This document shows, piece by piece, positions 43,305-53,378 of a DNA stretch of 64,000 nucleotides. The DNA lies in the NCBI GenBank assembly GCA_963737905.1, contig CAVTUQ010000010.1, positions 72,011 through 136,010 on the forward strand, read 5' to 3'. The DNA comes from an uncultured delta proteobacterium. GTDB lineage: Bacteria > Desulfobacterota > Binatia > UBA9968. The position numbers and the translations under genes are program-made. The stretch's first letter is position 1. Each line of letters opens with the position of its first letter. The notes below the pieces were generated by a model, which was not told where the DNA came from, did no database searches, and saw nothing but the letters and a program-made list of their open reading frames with translations.

Positions 43305-44660
43305 TGTTGTAGCAAAGTGATTATGTCAGGGGTCAATAGCAACGTGATTATGTCAGGGTATGGGGATGAGAACCCTGACGATGAAGGAAGAGAAGCGGTT
43401 AGAGATTATACAAAGAGTGTTTCGAGGCGAGTTAACGATGGGGAAGGCATCGTTGGTGCTGGGAGTCAGTGAGCGGCAGTGCTACCGGATCAAGGCACGG
43501 GTTAAGCAGACAAGGAGTTAAGGGAGTGGTGCACGGCAATCGGGGGCGGCTGTGTAAGCGTAAGATCAAGGAGAAAGAGGTCAAGCGCATCGTGGAGTTA
43601 GCCAAGGGGAAGTACCGGGGGTTTAACGATCATCATTTGACGGAGAAGCTCAAGGAAGAGGAGAAGATCGAGCTGAGTCGGGAAAAGATTCGGCGTCTTC
43701 TTCGTTTTCACGGGATCGCTTCGCCGAGAAAGAGACGTGCGAACAAGCATCGAAGCCGCCGGGAGAGAAAGGCGGCTGAGGGGATGATGCTGCAAGTGGA
43801 TGGCTCCCCCCACGATTGGCTGGAAGGACGAGGGCCGTCTTTGTGCTTGATCGGGGCCATCGATGACGCTACGGGCAAGGTGGTGGGAGCAATGTTTGTC
43901 GAAGCGGAGAGTTCTTGGGGCTACTTTCGTCTATTCTCGGAGATCTTCAAAAAACATGGTCTGCCGCACTCAGTCTATGCTGACCGGCACTCGATCTTCT
44001 GGACTGACAGAGAACCGACCCTTGAGGAGCAGTTAAAGAACCAACGTCCTTCAACCGAGGTGGGCAGAGGCCTGCAAGATCTCGGGGTGACCTTGATCCC
44101 TGCGGGCTCGCCTCAGGCCAAGGGCAGAATCGAAAGGCTGTGGGGGACTTTCCAGGACCGGCTGGTTAGTGAACTCAGAAGGGCGGGAGCTAAAACCCAA
44201 ACCCAAGCACAAGTCGTGATTGAACGGCATCTCCCCGAGCATAACCGCAAATTCTCCAAACCGGCTGTCCAATCAGAGCCCGCCTGGAGAAAAGCCAGCT
44301 CCACCCAGATTGAGCAAGCCCTGTGTTTTAAACAAACACGCACCGTCGCTAAGGACCACACCGTTACCTTTGAAGGCACGCTCTTTCAAATCCCCAAAAA
44401 ATCTCCCTATCGCCCCTACGCCAACAAAAGGATCGATGTGCATGTGCTGTTGGACGGTGCAGTGGAGTTTTTCTACCAAAACGAAAAAATCGCTCGCTTC
44501 GACTCTAAAACAACGCACAGAATTGGCTTATATCGAACGAACGGCAAGCGGGAAGGGTTCCGCTATGGACCTCTTTCGGCTCTATCAACTAAAACCCTTG
44601 AACTATCACCCTGACATTTTCACGTTGCTGTTACCCTGACAGATTGACGTTGCCACGACA
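43305..44660 (+). mobile_element. IS1202-family (ISNCY) insertion sequence, 1356 bp, 17-bp target site duplication
   Basis: TGT...ACA ends with imperfect IRs; direct repeat TGTTTCAAGACCGATAA at 43288-43304 and 44661-44677. Confidence 0.92.
43360..44614 (+). CDS. ISNCY/IS1202 DDE transposase, frameshift near 43505
   Basis: N-terminal HTH LGVSERQCYRIK in the upstream frame; LQVDGSPHDW, IDDATG, YADRHSIF, SPQAKGRIERLWGTFQDRL. Confidence 0.92.
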
Positions 44661-45182
44661 TGTTTCAAGACCGATAAAAACTCAGTCTCAAGGTCATTGG
44701 CAAGTACGCCCGTATTAGCGAGGCGGACGCTTTGGAAGAAACCTATCAGCACTACGCCGTCAAAGTCATGCCGAAAGTGCCATATCCGACAACCAAAGGA
44801 ATTCAGATGGTGTTGGACGAAATCGGCTCCCGCGACGCCAAAGCCAAGAATCTTTCTCCCCCAGCTCTGATCAACGTGAATTATCTAAACGAGCTAGAAC
44901 AGAGCGGATTCATCAAAAGTCTGTACGGCGAGTAGCCCTAATCATCCACCCGAGATCATGACCGAATAGCAAGCCTCTCCGGTGCTTTGCAATGGGGCCT
45001 TTTGAGGAACGGCGTTGTCGGGCTGCTGGAAAATGCCCTCCATGATCCTAACCTTCAGTAAGAACCGCATAGTTTACCTCCTGACAGTTTGGTTTTGTTG
45101 AATTCATGCAGGGCGTCGATATCGTTGTATCTTCAACTGCCCAATCACCGGATGCGGAGAGTGCACCGACGAGATCGCGTTC

Positions 45183-46294
45183 CTATTGTTTGATGTGTTT
45201 CGCAGTTGCCTCGGGCCGACCTCGCCGCCGTATACGTTGCCTTTCGCATCCACCGCTATGCCCTCCGCCGCGCTGGTTCCCTTCATTTCGAGCGGGTCGG
45301 GAATGCGGTACAGAACCTTGCCGTCTTTGAGGTTTCCGATCCGGATACCTCTCTTCCATCCTGGGTGCGGGGCCACGCCGTTGGATTCGGAATCGGCCAC
45401 ATAGATCATGTCGTTCCGGATGTAAACACCGCTCGGGCGACTGAATTGCTTCCACTCTCCAAGGTACTTCCCGTCTTGATCGAAGATCTGGATGCGCATG
45501 TTTCCCCGGTCGGCAACGAAAAGTCGTCCCTGCGCATCCATGGCAAGGTCGTGAGGCCCCCTGAATTCTCCCGGCCCCGATCCCAACTTACCAAAGGACT
45601 TAATAAACTTGCCGTCCTTCGTGAACTTGGAGATGCGTGAAACGGTCTCCGGCGGAGCTTGGGGGCTCTGGTTGTGACCCTCCGAGACAAAAACGTCGCC
45701 ATTCGGAGCCATTACAACACTGGTCGGCTGGGTCAAGGCGTCCGGTGGACTTCCGGCCACCCCCGGCTTCCCGAGCATCAAGAGGACCTTGCCGTCCGGA
45801 CTAAACTTAACGACGACGTGGCCCTTTCCTTCTTCTCCCGGGAACTTCGTGAGTTCTCGCTCGTTTGCAGATCTTTGGTCAGCCACCCAGACGTTCCCGT
45901 CACGATCCATATAGATCTTGTGGGGAAAAATAAACATGCCAGCGCCAAAGCTCTTCACCAGGTTGCCGGATGAATCAAACTTTAGGACCGCTGGCAAGGT
46001 TGAACCAGCGCAGCTGTCGTACTGGAACGCGGATGCGTCGGGTGGAGTATCGGGATTCGCGCCGCATCGGTCTGCAACCCATACGGATTCGCCATCGTTA
46101 TCGATGGCGACCGCGTTCAGTGCCCCCCACGTCCTTCCCTCGGGGAGTTTTCCCCACGGTGCGGTGGTTCGGTACGGATTGGGCAGGTCGTTGGTGGGCG
46201 GGTCTTCATCCTGAGTGTATGCTCCGCCACCACACAGTGTCAGCGCGGCGACGGTCATGAGCATCATCCACCTGGATCGATCTGTATGCAGCAT
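45183..46294 (-). CDS. Secreted NHL-repeat beta-propeller (peptidyl-alpha-hydroxyglycine lyase-like)
   Basis: Repeated VWVAD, FVADRGNMRIQIFDQDG, FSRPSG; RBS AGGAG before ATG 46294; the true end AKHIKQ* probably lies in the shifted frame ending at 45183. Confidence 0.85.
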
Positions 46295-46387
46295 CGGAGC
46301 ACTCCTTTCTCTCAAGCTTAACGGAGACGGAGCCTGTCAATGAAATGAGACACGCCCGATTGAGAAATTAGACTACAATATCCTCGC

Positions 46388-47497
46388 TCAGCTGATTTCC
46401 CCCCCTAGCCAGACCCTTACCGATGGCTGATCGTTCGTTATAGGGCAATTATGGAAGCCGTTTTTGTGCTCGATGCCCGTCATCGATGAATTCATAACCT
46501 CTGGGCTCTGCGGCCGAGAGATTTCTCTGGGTTTGTTGATCCATGCGGCAGTCGGTAACAGAGCGGGGCTTGGCAAGCCACGCACAAAACGGTGAGGATT
46601 TTTCTCATAGGCTTGCTTGAGTACTTCGGTCCTCTGTTCGCGTCGGTTTGCCGCCAGCCCATAGTGAACCTCGTACGGCGTTAAGTATCCCAAGCCAGAG
46701 TGATGATGCTCGTGGTTGTACCAGGGGAAAAACTCGGTCAAGAATCGGTGCGCATCTTGGTAACAACCAAAGCGCTCGGGAAACTCGGGGCGGTACTTCA
46801 TGGTCTTGAATTGGCTCTCCGAATACGGGTTGTCATTGGAGACATACGGGCGGCTGTGGGTCTTGGTCACTCCCAGCCCCGCCAACAAAAATGCCACCGC
46901 CTTGGATGTCATCGGCGCCCCCCGATCCGCATGCACCGTGAGGCACCCGGGCTCGATGTCGTGGCGCTCCACGCTTTGCTCGATGAGTTTCTTGGCCAAC
47001 TCGGCCGATTCCCGGTACGCCAGCATCCAGCCCACCACATAACGGCTAAAAATATCCAGGATCACGTAGAGGTAAAAATACGTCCACTTCGCTGGCCCCA
47101 ACAGCTTGGTAATATCCCACGACCACACCTCGTTTTGCCCAGTCGCGATGAGCTCAGGGGCTTGATAACGGGGATGTCTGATCTGATCTCTTCGTTCTCT
47201 GACTTGCTGATGGGTTGCCAAGATCCGGTACATCGTACGCTCGGAGCACAGATAGCTTCCCTCATCTAAAAGCGTGGCATAGATTTCCCCAGGCGCTTGG
47301 TCGCAAAACCGCTCGCTGTTAACCACCCCCAGCACGTCCTCTCGCTCGCTTACCGATAAGGCCCGAGGATGAATCCGTTCGGTTACAACTCCTGGGCTCG
47401 GTCGTTGCCATCGGTAGTAGCTGGCCCGCCCAATTCCCACCCCCGCGCAGATCGATTCCACCGTATACGTTGCCTTGTTTTCTCCGACCACCCCCAT
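46388..47497 (-). CDS. IS3-family transposase OrfB (rve integrase core)
   Basis: WSWDITKL, DIFSRYVVGW, HADRG, DNPYSESQFKTMKY. Confidence 0.93.
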   Translation of the reverse strand: MGVVGENKATYTVESICAGVGIGRASYYRWQRPSPGVVTERIHPRALSVSEREDVLGVVNSERFCDQAPGEIYATLLDEGSYLCSERTMYRILATHQQVRERRDQIRHPRYQAPELIATGQNEVWSWDITKLLGPAKWTYFYLYVILDIFSRYVVGWMLAYRESAELAKKLIEQSVERHDIEPGCLTVHADRGAPMTSKAVAFLLAGLGVTKTHSRPYVSNDNPYSESQFKTMKYRPEFPERFGCYQDAHRFLTEFFPWYNHEHHHSGLGYLTPYEVHYGLAANRREQRTEVLKQAYEKNPHRFVRGLPSPALLPTAAWINKPREISRPQSPEVMNSSMTGIEHKNGFHNCPITNDQPSVRVWLGGEIS

Positions 47498-47907
47498 CAG
47501 TCTGTCTCGGCGCTCTTTGCCAGTTCGATCCCCAAAATCTCCGAGACTTTTTTTTGCAGCTCCACTATCCCTTCGGCCCGCTCCGCCCTGCGCTTAAGCC
47601 GCGCATTGTCCCGCTCCAACTCCCGCACCCTCTCGGCTAACGGGTTTTTCTCCCGCCGCTGCGGCCCGCGCTTCCTCCCCTTTAGCCCCGCCAGCTCTCC
47701 GGTCTCCCGTTGCTTGCGCCATGTGGTCAAATTCGACCAGTACAAACCTTCCCGCCGCAAAAGCGCCCCGATCTCTCCGGGCTGCTTGCAACTATCCGCC
47801 TCTCGCAAAACCTTCGCTTTGTATTCCCCAGTGAACCGCCGCCGCTCCCCCTTCGCCACCACTTCCACCTCCGTTAAAGATTTCACACCGTTACTTCCTG
47901 TTTCCAC
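47497..47907 (-). CDS. IS3-family OrfA (HTH + coiled coil)
   Basis: RRRFTGEYK, IGALLRREGLY, LQKKVSEILG; TGATG overlap with orfB. Confidence 0.9.
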   Translation of the reverse strand: METGSNGVKSLTEVEVVAKGERRRFTGEYKAKVLREADSCKQPGEIGALLRREGLYWSNLTTWRKQRETGELAGLKGRKRGPQRREKNPLAERVRELERDNARLKRRAERAEGIVELQKKVSEILGIELAKSAETD

Positions 47908-48050
47908 CTGCTTTTCCTTACTCGCCCTCTACACTAAACTATTGGCGGGTAAGTGTCTCATTCACATTGGCAGAGAGGGAGATTCGGATTGCGAACCAGC
48001 GGCGACCCAAGCGAGGTGTTGTCTTCGGGACTCCAGCCTGAGTTGATCGA

Positions 48051-49454
48051 TCAGGTGGTGAGAAGCTTGCCGATCTTTCTTGCATCATGGAGCTTGTCAA
48101 GGTTGAGTAGTGTGTCTTCCAATTGCTCAACGCGGGAGCGCGAGAGAACGCGAGAAGCCAGGAGACGGAATTTTTGGAGCACCTCTTCGCGCGACATAGG
48201 GTGTTTGTCGCTTCCCTTCGCGTGGAAAACTCTCTCGCTGTAGTTCTTGCCGTCTTGCAGCTGGACCTCCATATGGACGCCGTGGCGCCCTTCGTCTCCC
48301 AGCGCTTCGAACTCTGGGTCTTCAACGACTTCTATTTTTTTAGTCGTTTGCAAAACCGTGTCGCTTTGAATGGACTTCTCCGTGATCTGGTCAACAAAAA
48401 AGTCGCGGTCGTGCAGCAGAGCGGCGACGCAGAAGGGGAGATTCATCTGCGCCGTGGTTATGCTCTTTGGCTCATAGGGCCAACCGACATGGAGCCTGGT
48501 AGCGCGGGTCGTTCGAATGCGGATCTTGTCAATGTTCTCGGCGTTAACCTCCGGGTGATTGTGGAGAATTTTTTTGAGGGCATCGATGGATGTGTGATTG
48601 CTTCCACAGCAAGGATAAGGTTTACAACCAACGTTGAGCGTTTCAAATCGCTCCCCCAGATCCTGCGTCAGGTGTGACAGGTTGGGGTTGTCGCAGAAAG
48701 TCGAGCAGAAACCGCCATAGGAAGCCTCCAGGACATCTTCGATGCCGGTAAAGCCTTTGTTCGCGAGCAAAGCCCCATAGACACCTGACTGTGCGGAGCG
48801 GCCTGGGTGCATCCGCTTTACCATAGAGGAGTGCTGGGCCGCCATGAGACCCGCGGCTTGAGTGCCGGCAATGCCTAAAGTATGAAGAGTCTTGACGGGG
48901 TCTAACTGGAGCATCTTGGCGGCGGCGGCTCCGGCGGCGAACGTGCCGGAAGTGGCGCTGGGGTGAAATCCTCTGCGGAGCTGGGAAGCTCCCCCCGTCA
49001 TGCCGACACGGCAGCCCACTTCATAGCCGGCGACCAAGGCAGTGAGAAACCGTTTGCCATCGACTTTGCCGGCTCGTCGAACAAGGGCATCTGCGGCTGG
49101 TATTGCTTCCGCGCCGGGATGTATGACTCCAACGCGGTGAAGGTCATCCATTTCGAAGCTGTGAATAAGTGTGCCGTTGGCAAGAGGCGCGTTGGTGCTG
49201 GGGACCTCGGCGCCATCTCCCCAGATGAGCGCTCCCTTTCCTTTTCCCATCTCCTTAGTAAACGAAGTAATTATTTTTCCCCAGGGCAAAGTAGAACCAA
49301 AGAGAGCGCAGCCAAGAGAATCGATGATGCAGAGCTTGACATGCGCGATCACTTCGTGGGGGATGGTTCGATAAGAGAGTCCCGATATATACTCCGCTAG
49401 TGTCTGGGTCGGAGAGATCCCCGCAGCAACTTCTTTCACCTGTTGTTTCGCCAT
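48051..49454 (-). CDS. MmgE/PrpD family protein
   Basis: NGTLIHSFEMDDLH, HPGA, GFHPSAT, KPYPCCGSNH. Confidence 0.93.
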   Translation of the reverse strand: MAKQQVKEVAAGISPTQTLAEYISGLSYRTIPHEVIAHVKLCIIDSLGCALFGSTLPWGKIITSFTKEMGKGKGALIWGDGAEVPSTNAPLANGTLIHSFEMDDLHRVGVIHPGAEAIPAADALVRRAGKVDGKRFLTALVAGYEVGCRVGMTGGASQLRRGFHPSATSGTFAAGAAAAKMLQLDPVKTLHTLGIAGTQAAGLMAAQHSSMVKRMHPGRSAQSGVYGALLANKGFTGIEDVLEASYGGFCSTFCDNPNLSHLTQDLGERFETLNVGCKPYPCCGSNHTSIDALKKILHNHPEVNAENIDKIRIRTTRATRLHVGWPYEPKSITTAQMNLPFCVAALLHDRDFFVDQITEKSIQSDTVLQTTKKIEVVEDPEFEALGDEGRHGVHMEVQLQDGKNYSERVFHAKGSDKHPMSREEVLQKFRLLASRVLSRSRVEQLEDTLLNLDKLHDARKIGKLLTT

Positions 49455-49600
49455 AAAAAACTCCTTGACGCGCGTGCAGTTCTGTGATTTTTCATCGGCT
49501 CGTAGAAGGGGAGTTGCGTTGCCTACCTACAATATTGTTCGACTCAATCTTTTCCTACTATACCGGCGTGGTTGTCAAGGCATTTAAGAAGGGAGGGTAT

Positions 49601-50677
49601 GTGAGTACGAAAACGTTGTTCTTTTCAGCTCTGGTTTCTTCGGTGATTGCCCTGGGATTTTCTTCGGTCGGCTCTGCCCAGAGTGCCGCTTCCGTTCTCA
49701 AGCCGTACGAGGCGCTCAAGGGCAAAGAACGGGAACAGAGGCTTAATGAAGGCGCCAAAAAAGAGGGCAGGGTGGTGGTTTACAGCTTTACCGCCGTCGA
49801 CCAGCTGACCCCTCTGCTCGAGGAGTTTCAAAAGAGATATCCGTTTATTAAGGCGGAGCACTACCGGGCCAATGCGACGGGGGTTTTCAACAAGTTCACG
49901 ACTGAAGCACGCGCCGGGCAAACGCTTGCCGACGTCATCGACATCTCCGCCGGTGAGACGTACACGCTGTTACAGATGGGACTCATTGATCCTTATCTCT
50001 CGCCCAGCCGAGAAGGAATTCCCAAAGAATTCATGGACGATAAAGGGTATTGGACGGCCCACTATCATTTCGTTCTGGCTTTGGGTTTCAACACGCAGCA
50101 TATCAAACCCGCGGAGGCGCCCAAAAGCTACGACGAACTGATCAACCCGAAGTGGAAGGGACGCTTGTCTCTCGATCCGGCGGATCAGGATCTATTCGGG
50201 GCTCTCTTGCTTCATTGGGGAAGAGAAAAAGCCTTGAACTATTTTAGAAGCCTCGCCAAGCTCGAACCTAGAATGGTTTCAGGACATACGCAGCAAGCCA
50301 ATCTCGTCGGTGCCGGGGAGATTCACATGGCGCCGTGGCTCTATGGCTACCGGCCGCTGCAGTTAAAAGACGGGGGAGCGCCGGTGGAGACTCTTCTCTT
50401 TGACCCTGTGCTGTCCAACCCTGCGTATCTTCTATTAACCAAAAATTCGCCTCACCCCCATGCGGCGGCTCTTCTCATCGATTGGGCCCTGTCGCCGGAT
50501 GGCGGCATGAAGTTCTTCGCCGAAAAATTCGGCCGAACGCCGACGCGGACGGGATTGAAGGAGCGCTTCCCTCAACTCCGAGTGGACAGGTATCTCGTGG
50601 TGAAGCCCGAGATCGTAGGACCGAACTTCAAAGAGTTCACCCAGCTCTATAATGAGATTTTTGGGATCGGCAAGTAA
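49601..50677 (+). CDS. ABC substrate-binding protein (Fe3+/thiamine-type)
   Basis: GTG start after GGGAGGG; GAKKEGRV, APKSYDELINPKWKG, PHPHAAALLIDW. Confidence 0.9.
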   Translation: MSTKTLFFSALVSSVIALGFSSVGSAQSAASVLKPYEALKGKEREQRLNEGAKKEGRVVVYSFTAVDQLTPLLEEFQKRYPFIKAEHYRANATGVFNKFTTEARAGQTLADVIDISAGETYTLLQMGLIDPYLSPSREGIPKEFMDDKGYWTAHYHFVLALGFNTQHIKPAEAPKSYDELINPKWKGRLSLDPADQDLFGALLLHWGREKALNYFRSLAKLEPRMVSGHTQQANLVGAGEIHMAPWLYGYRPLQLKDGGAPVETLLFDPVLSNPAYLLLTKNSPHPHAAALLIDWALSPDGGMKFFAEKFGRTPTRTGLKERFPQLRVDRYLVVKPEIVGPNFKEFTQLYNEIFGIGK

Positions 50678-50829
50678 TCAGTCTTGAGGCCGTCTTGGAA
50701 CAGCGACGTTGAAAACTAGAAGTGGACGTGTAGCGTGCAGTTTTCCTTTCGTAGCTCGCTTGCGGCCATCTGCAAAGTCTCCAAAGACGCTTCCGAGCAG
50801 GAATTTTGGCGATGTGATATCATTTGGGG

Positions 50830-51502
50830 ATGCTGAAGTTCAAACCGGCCTTGTTTCTTCCATTGCTGATTCTTTTTGGCTGCTCTCAGACAAACACGAA
50901 TCCCGGAGCGACCTTTTTGGTGGGGCTGAACGGTTATCAGGGGGAGATGGAAAAGCTCGAAGGCCGACCGGAACTTTGGTTCGACCGGCAGCGAGCCGGG
51001 GACTCTTTGAAAAAGACCTATTTAGTGACCTTCGGCGGCTCCCGGGAATTCAATCGCATGGTGGATCTGGACGTAAGACGCCGGGAGTTCCTCATTACCT
51101 TGCGGGCCTCATCGGTGAACCCCGAGCGTGTCAAGGAAATGAAAGAGGAACTGGTCACTATAAATAAGGATGTCGATTCCTTGAAAGAAATCGTCAAGAG
51201 CCAGGCGGCCAACGCCGAACTGCGATCGCAGCAACAGCCCCAGCAACTCGAAATCGTCGCCGTCATCGGCCTCGTCAATATGGCGATTGATTCGTTTGCG
51301 TCTATGACGGTTCCGTCCGGTCCGAATCCGCCCAGCACGAAGGTCGGTCCATATGTTGTCAACGACTTCGGCGGCTTATTTTCTACCGTTACGACGCCGG
51401 AGGGTCAGATCTTTCGTTGCGCGACACTAATTTTTCCGCGAAGAAGGGGCGGGCATCAAGTGTGAACCGCCCCGGCGAAAAGTCGTAGTTCGGCGCAATT
51501 GA
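50830..51502 (+). CDS. Hypothetical lipoprotein with coiled coil (possible 3' frameshift)
   Basis: LFGC lipobox; ORF-track stop at 51465, alternative tail EEGAGIKCEPP... to 51502. Confidence 0.6.
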
Positions 51503-51503
51503 A

Positions 51504-51572
51504 AGTTCAAAGTTCAATGTTCCAGGCTCAACGTTTCAATTCGTTTCGGACTTTGAACATTGAACTTTGAAC
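51504..51572. repeat. Heptamer-based palindromic intergenic repeat
   Basis: GTTCAAA-GTTCAAT-GTTC mirrored by GAAC-ATTGAAC-TTTGAAC between convergent genes. Confidence 0.7.
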
Positions 51573-51645
51573 TCAAATATCGATCATGGGATGCTCGCCC
51601 ATCGATCGCTGTTACCAGTAAATAATCCAGGCTGGTAGTTCCTGA

Positions 51646-53005
51646 CTACTTCACATCAAGCAACGCCAGCGCCTCACTCATTTCATCGCTGGTCGCATCT
51701 TTGATATTCCACCAACGGTCCAGCACTCGCGCGGTCTTTTCCTTACCATATACCGGCTCCACCGTGCGCGTGAACTTCTCGCAAACATCTTGGTCCTTCA
51801 TCGGATTGTTAGTGTGTCCCAAGGGATCGCGGGGAAAGATTGAAAATATGCGTCCGTCCTTGGTCGTAGCCTTCACTTTCATGGCAACGACATTGGGGTA
51901 GATCGAATTGACCTCATCGTCGAGGTGAATGTGAATCTTATTCATGAGCGGGCGAATCGCAGGATCGCGGTAGGCGGACTCGTCAAAGGACGCAACCGAA
52001 ATCGTACCGTCCATCAACACTTTGGCAAAAATATAAGGCATGCTGTGGTCGGCGGTCTCGCGGGTCTTCGGGTCCCACTTTTCCGCCTCGCTGCCGATTT
52101 CCGTATAGGCGAAAGTGTAAGTGCCGATATCGATGTCGGTGATTTCGCGCCAGTCCACTTTGGAGCGGATCTCGAGTGCGGCCCACACCGGCAGCTGGGC
52201 GTTGTATTCCACCGGCCAAGCTTTAAGTTGCACATTCGGCGAACGGTAAGGTCCTCCCGCTGTTGGCAGCGGTTCGAATTTAAATGGCCCGGTGATGAGA
52301 TCCCACAAACCGTGTTTTCCTTCGAATGGACGATCCGGCCCGGTCATCCCTTCGCCGGCGAGTAGCGCGGCGAAGACGCCGTTGCGGGTTGCGAACGAAG
52401 TCGCCGCGCCTTTCCAGAGCGAAAGCTCACCGGCGCGGGTGTTGCGCATGGGAATATTGGCAACGGCAATGATGGCGACGGCTTGGGCAATCTGTTGCGG
52501 CGATAGCCGAAGCAGGTGCCCGAGGCCGGCCACGGTACAGATTCCAATCGCGAAACCTTGATCCCATCCTTTATAGCGCAATCCCGTAGCATCGCTGATC
52601 CGGACGAAAAGCTCGTAGGCGATCACCGTTGCGGCAAGCAATCGACGACCGTCGATTCTTGCAGATTCGGCGATGGCGAGAAAGGCTCCTTGGCAGTCGC
52701 TCGGATGACCGCCGGGATATTGATCGTTAAAATCGAGGTTCCTGATCATTGCGGTGTTCACGAACGCGGCGCTCTCGGCCGTGGATCGTTCACCGTGAAA
52801 CAGTATGCGGCCTGGATATCGTTCCGGCGCAGCACCTCGTGCCAGGCGCAGTCCGATTTGTGCCGATTCGCAGTCGTATGCGGCGATGCCGCATGCCAGG
52901 GTGTCGACGAGAAATCTCGTCGCCGCGGCAACGACTTCCTCGGGTAAATGCGTCATATGAAAGTTCGGCGGCGAAATTGGCTATCTCGCGGGTTAGATTA
53001 TCCAT
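51646..53005 (-). CDS. MmgE/PrpD family protein, frameshift near 52947
   Basis: MDNLTREIANFAAELSYDA joins LPEEVV...; RNLDFND, GHPSD, RAGELSLWKG, RETADHSMPY. Confidence 0.9.
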
Positions 53006-53056
53006 ATTGCTTCAAGACCTCCTCTGCGATTTTCAGAAAGTCTTAACCTTTGACCT

Positions 53057-53362
53057 TCAAGAAAAAAAGCCCAAGTCGCGGTTCCTCAGCGACCGCGGGA
53101 AGTTCGCCGGTTTCTTGAATCTCTTCCATTCCCCGCTCCAGTCGCAACCGCATTGTTTACAGTACCACTCCGTCATGCCTTCCCATTCCTCACGGTCGGC
53201 GCGAGCGGCCTTGCCCTCGTCGATGGATTTTTGGAGTGATGGAGTAATGATGCCGTGGATGATCGGGACGACTTCAGACGAGCCGCATTCGGGGCAAACC
53301 GGCGGTGTTTTTTGTCGTGTAAGCTTGCTTTGCTTCCGCGCCATTTCTTCGGTCATCACCAC
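53057..53362 (-). CDS. Small Zn-ribbon protein
   Basis: CPECGS...VVPIIHG...WYCKQCG. Confidence 0.75.
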   Translation of the reverse strand: MVMTEEMARKQSKLTRQKTPPVCPECGSSEVVPIIHGIITPSLQKSIDEGKAARADREEWEGMTEWYCKQCGCDWSGEWKRFKKPANFPRSLRNRDLGFFS

Positions 53363-53378
53363 CGGAAGGCAATGGGTC

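Larger units (their letters stand above)
42581..44935 (+). pseudogene. NitT/TauT-family SBP interrupted by an IS1202-type element, with two further frameshifts
   Basis: Pieces 42581-42913, 42907-43304 and 44661-44935 join into one SBP (WVAKDARLFEKHGL ... LKGKKIGISRFG ... ELEQSGFI). Confidence 0.85.
46328..47979 (-). mobile_element. IS3-family insertion sequence
   Basis: Imperfect IRs TGTCAATGAAATGAGACAC (46335) / GTGTCTCATTCACATTGGCA (to 47972); AGA flanks both sides if the ends are taken 7 bp further out. Confidence 0.85.

Noticed and set aside
43305-43360. Tandem 22-bp repeats as a mini-CRISPR
   Set aside because: Only two copies with a 5-nt gap, mirrored at the other IS end; these are transposase-binding sites
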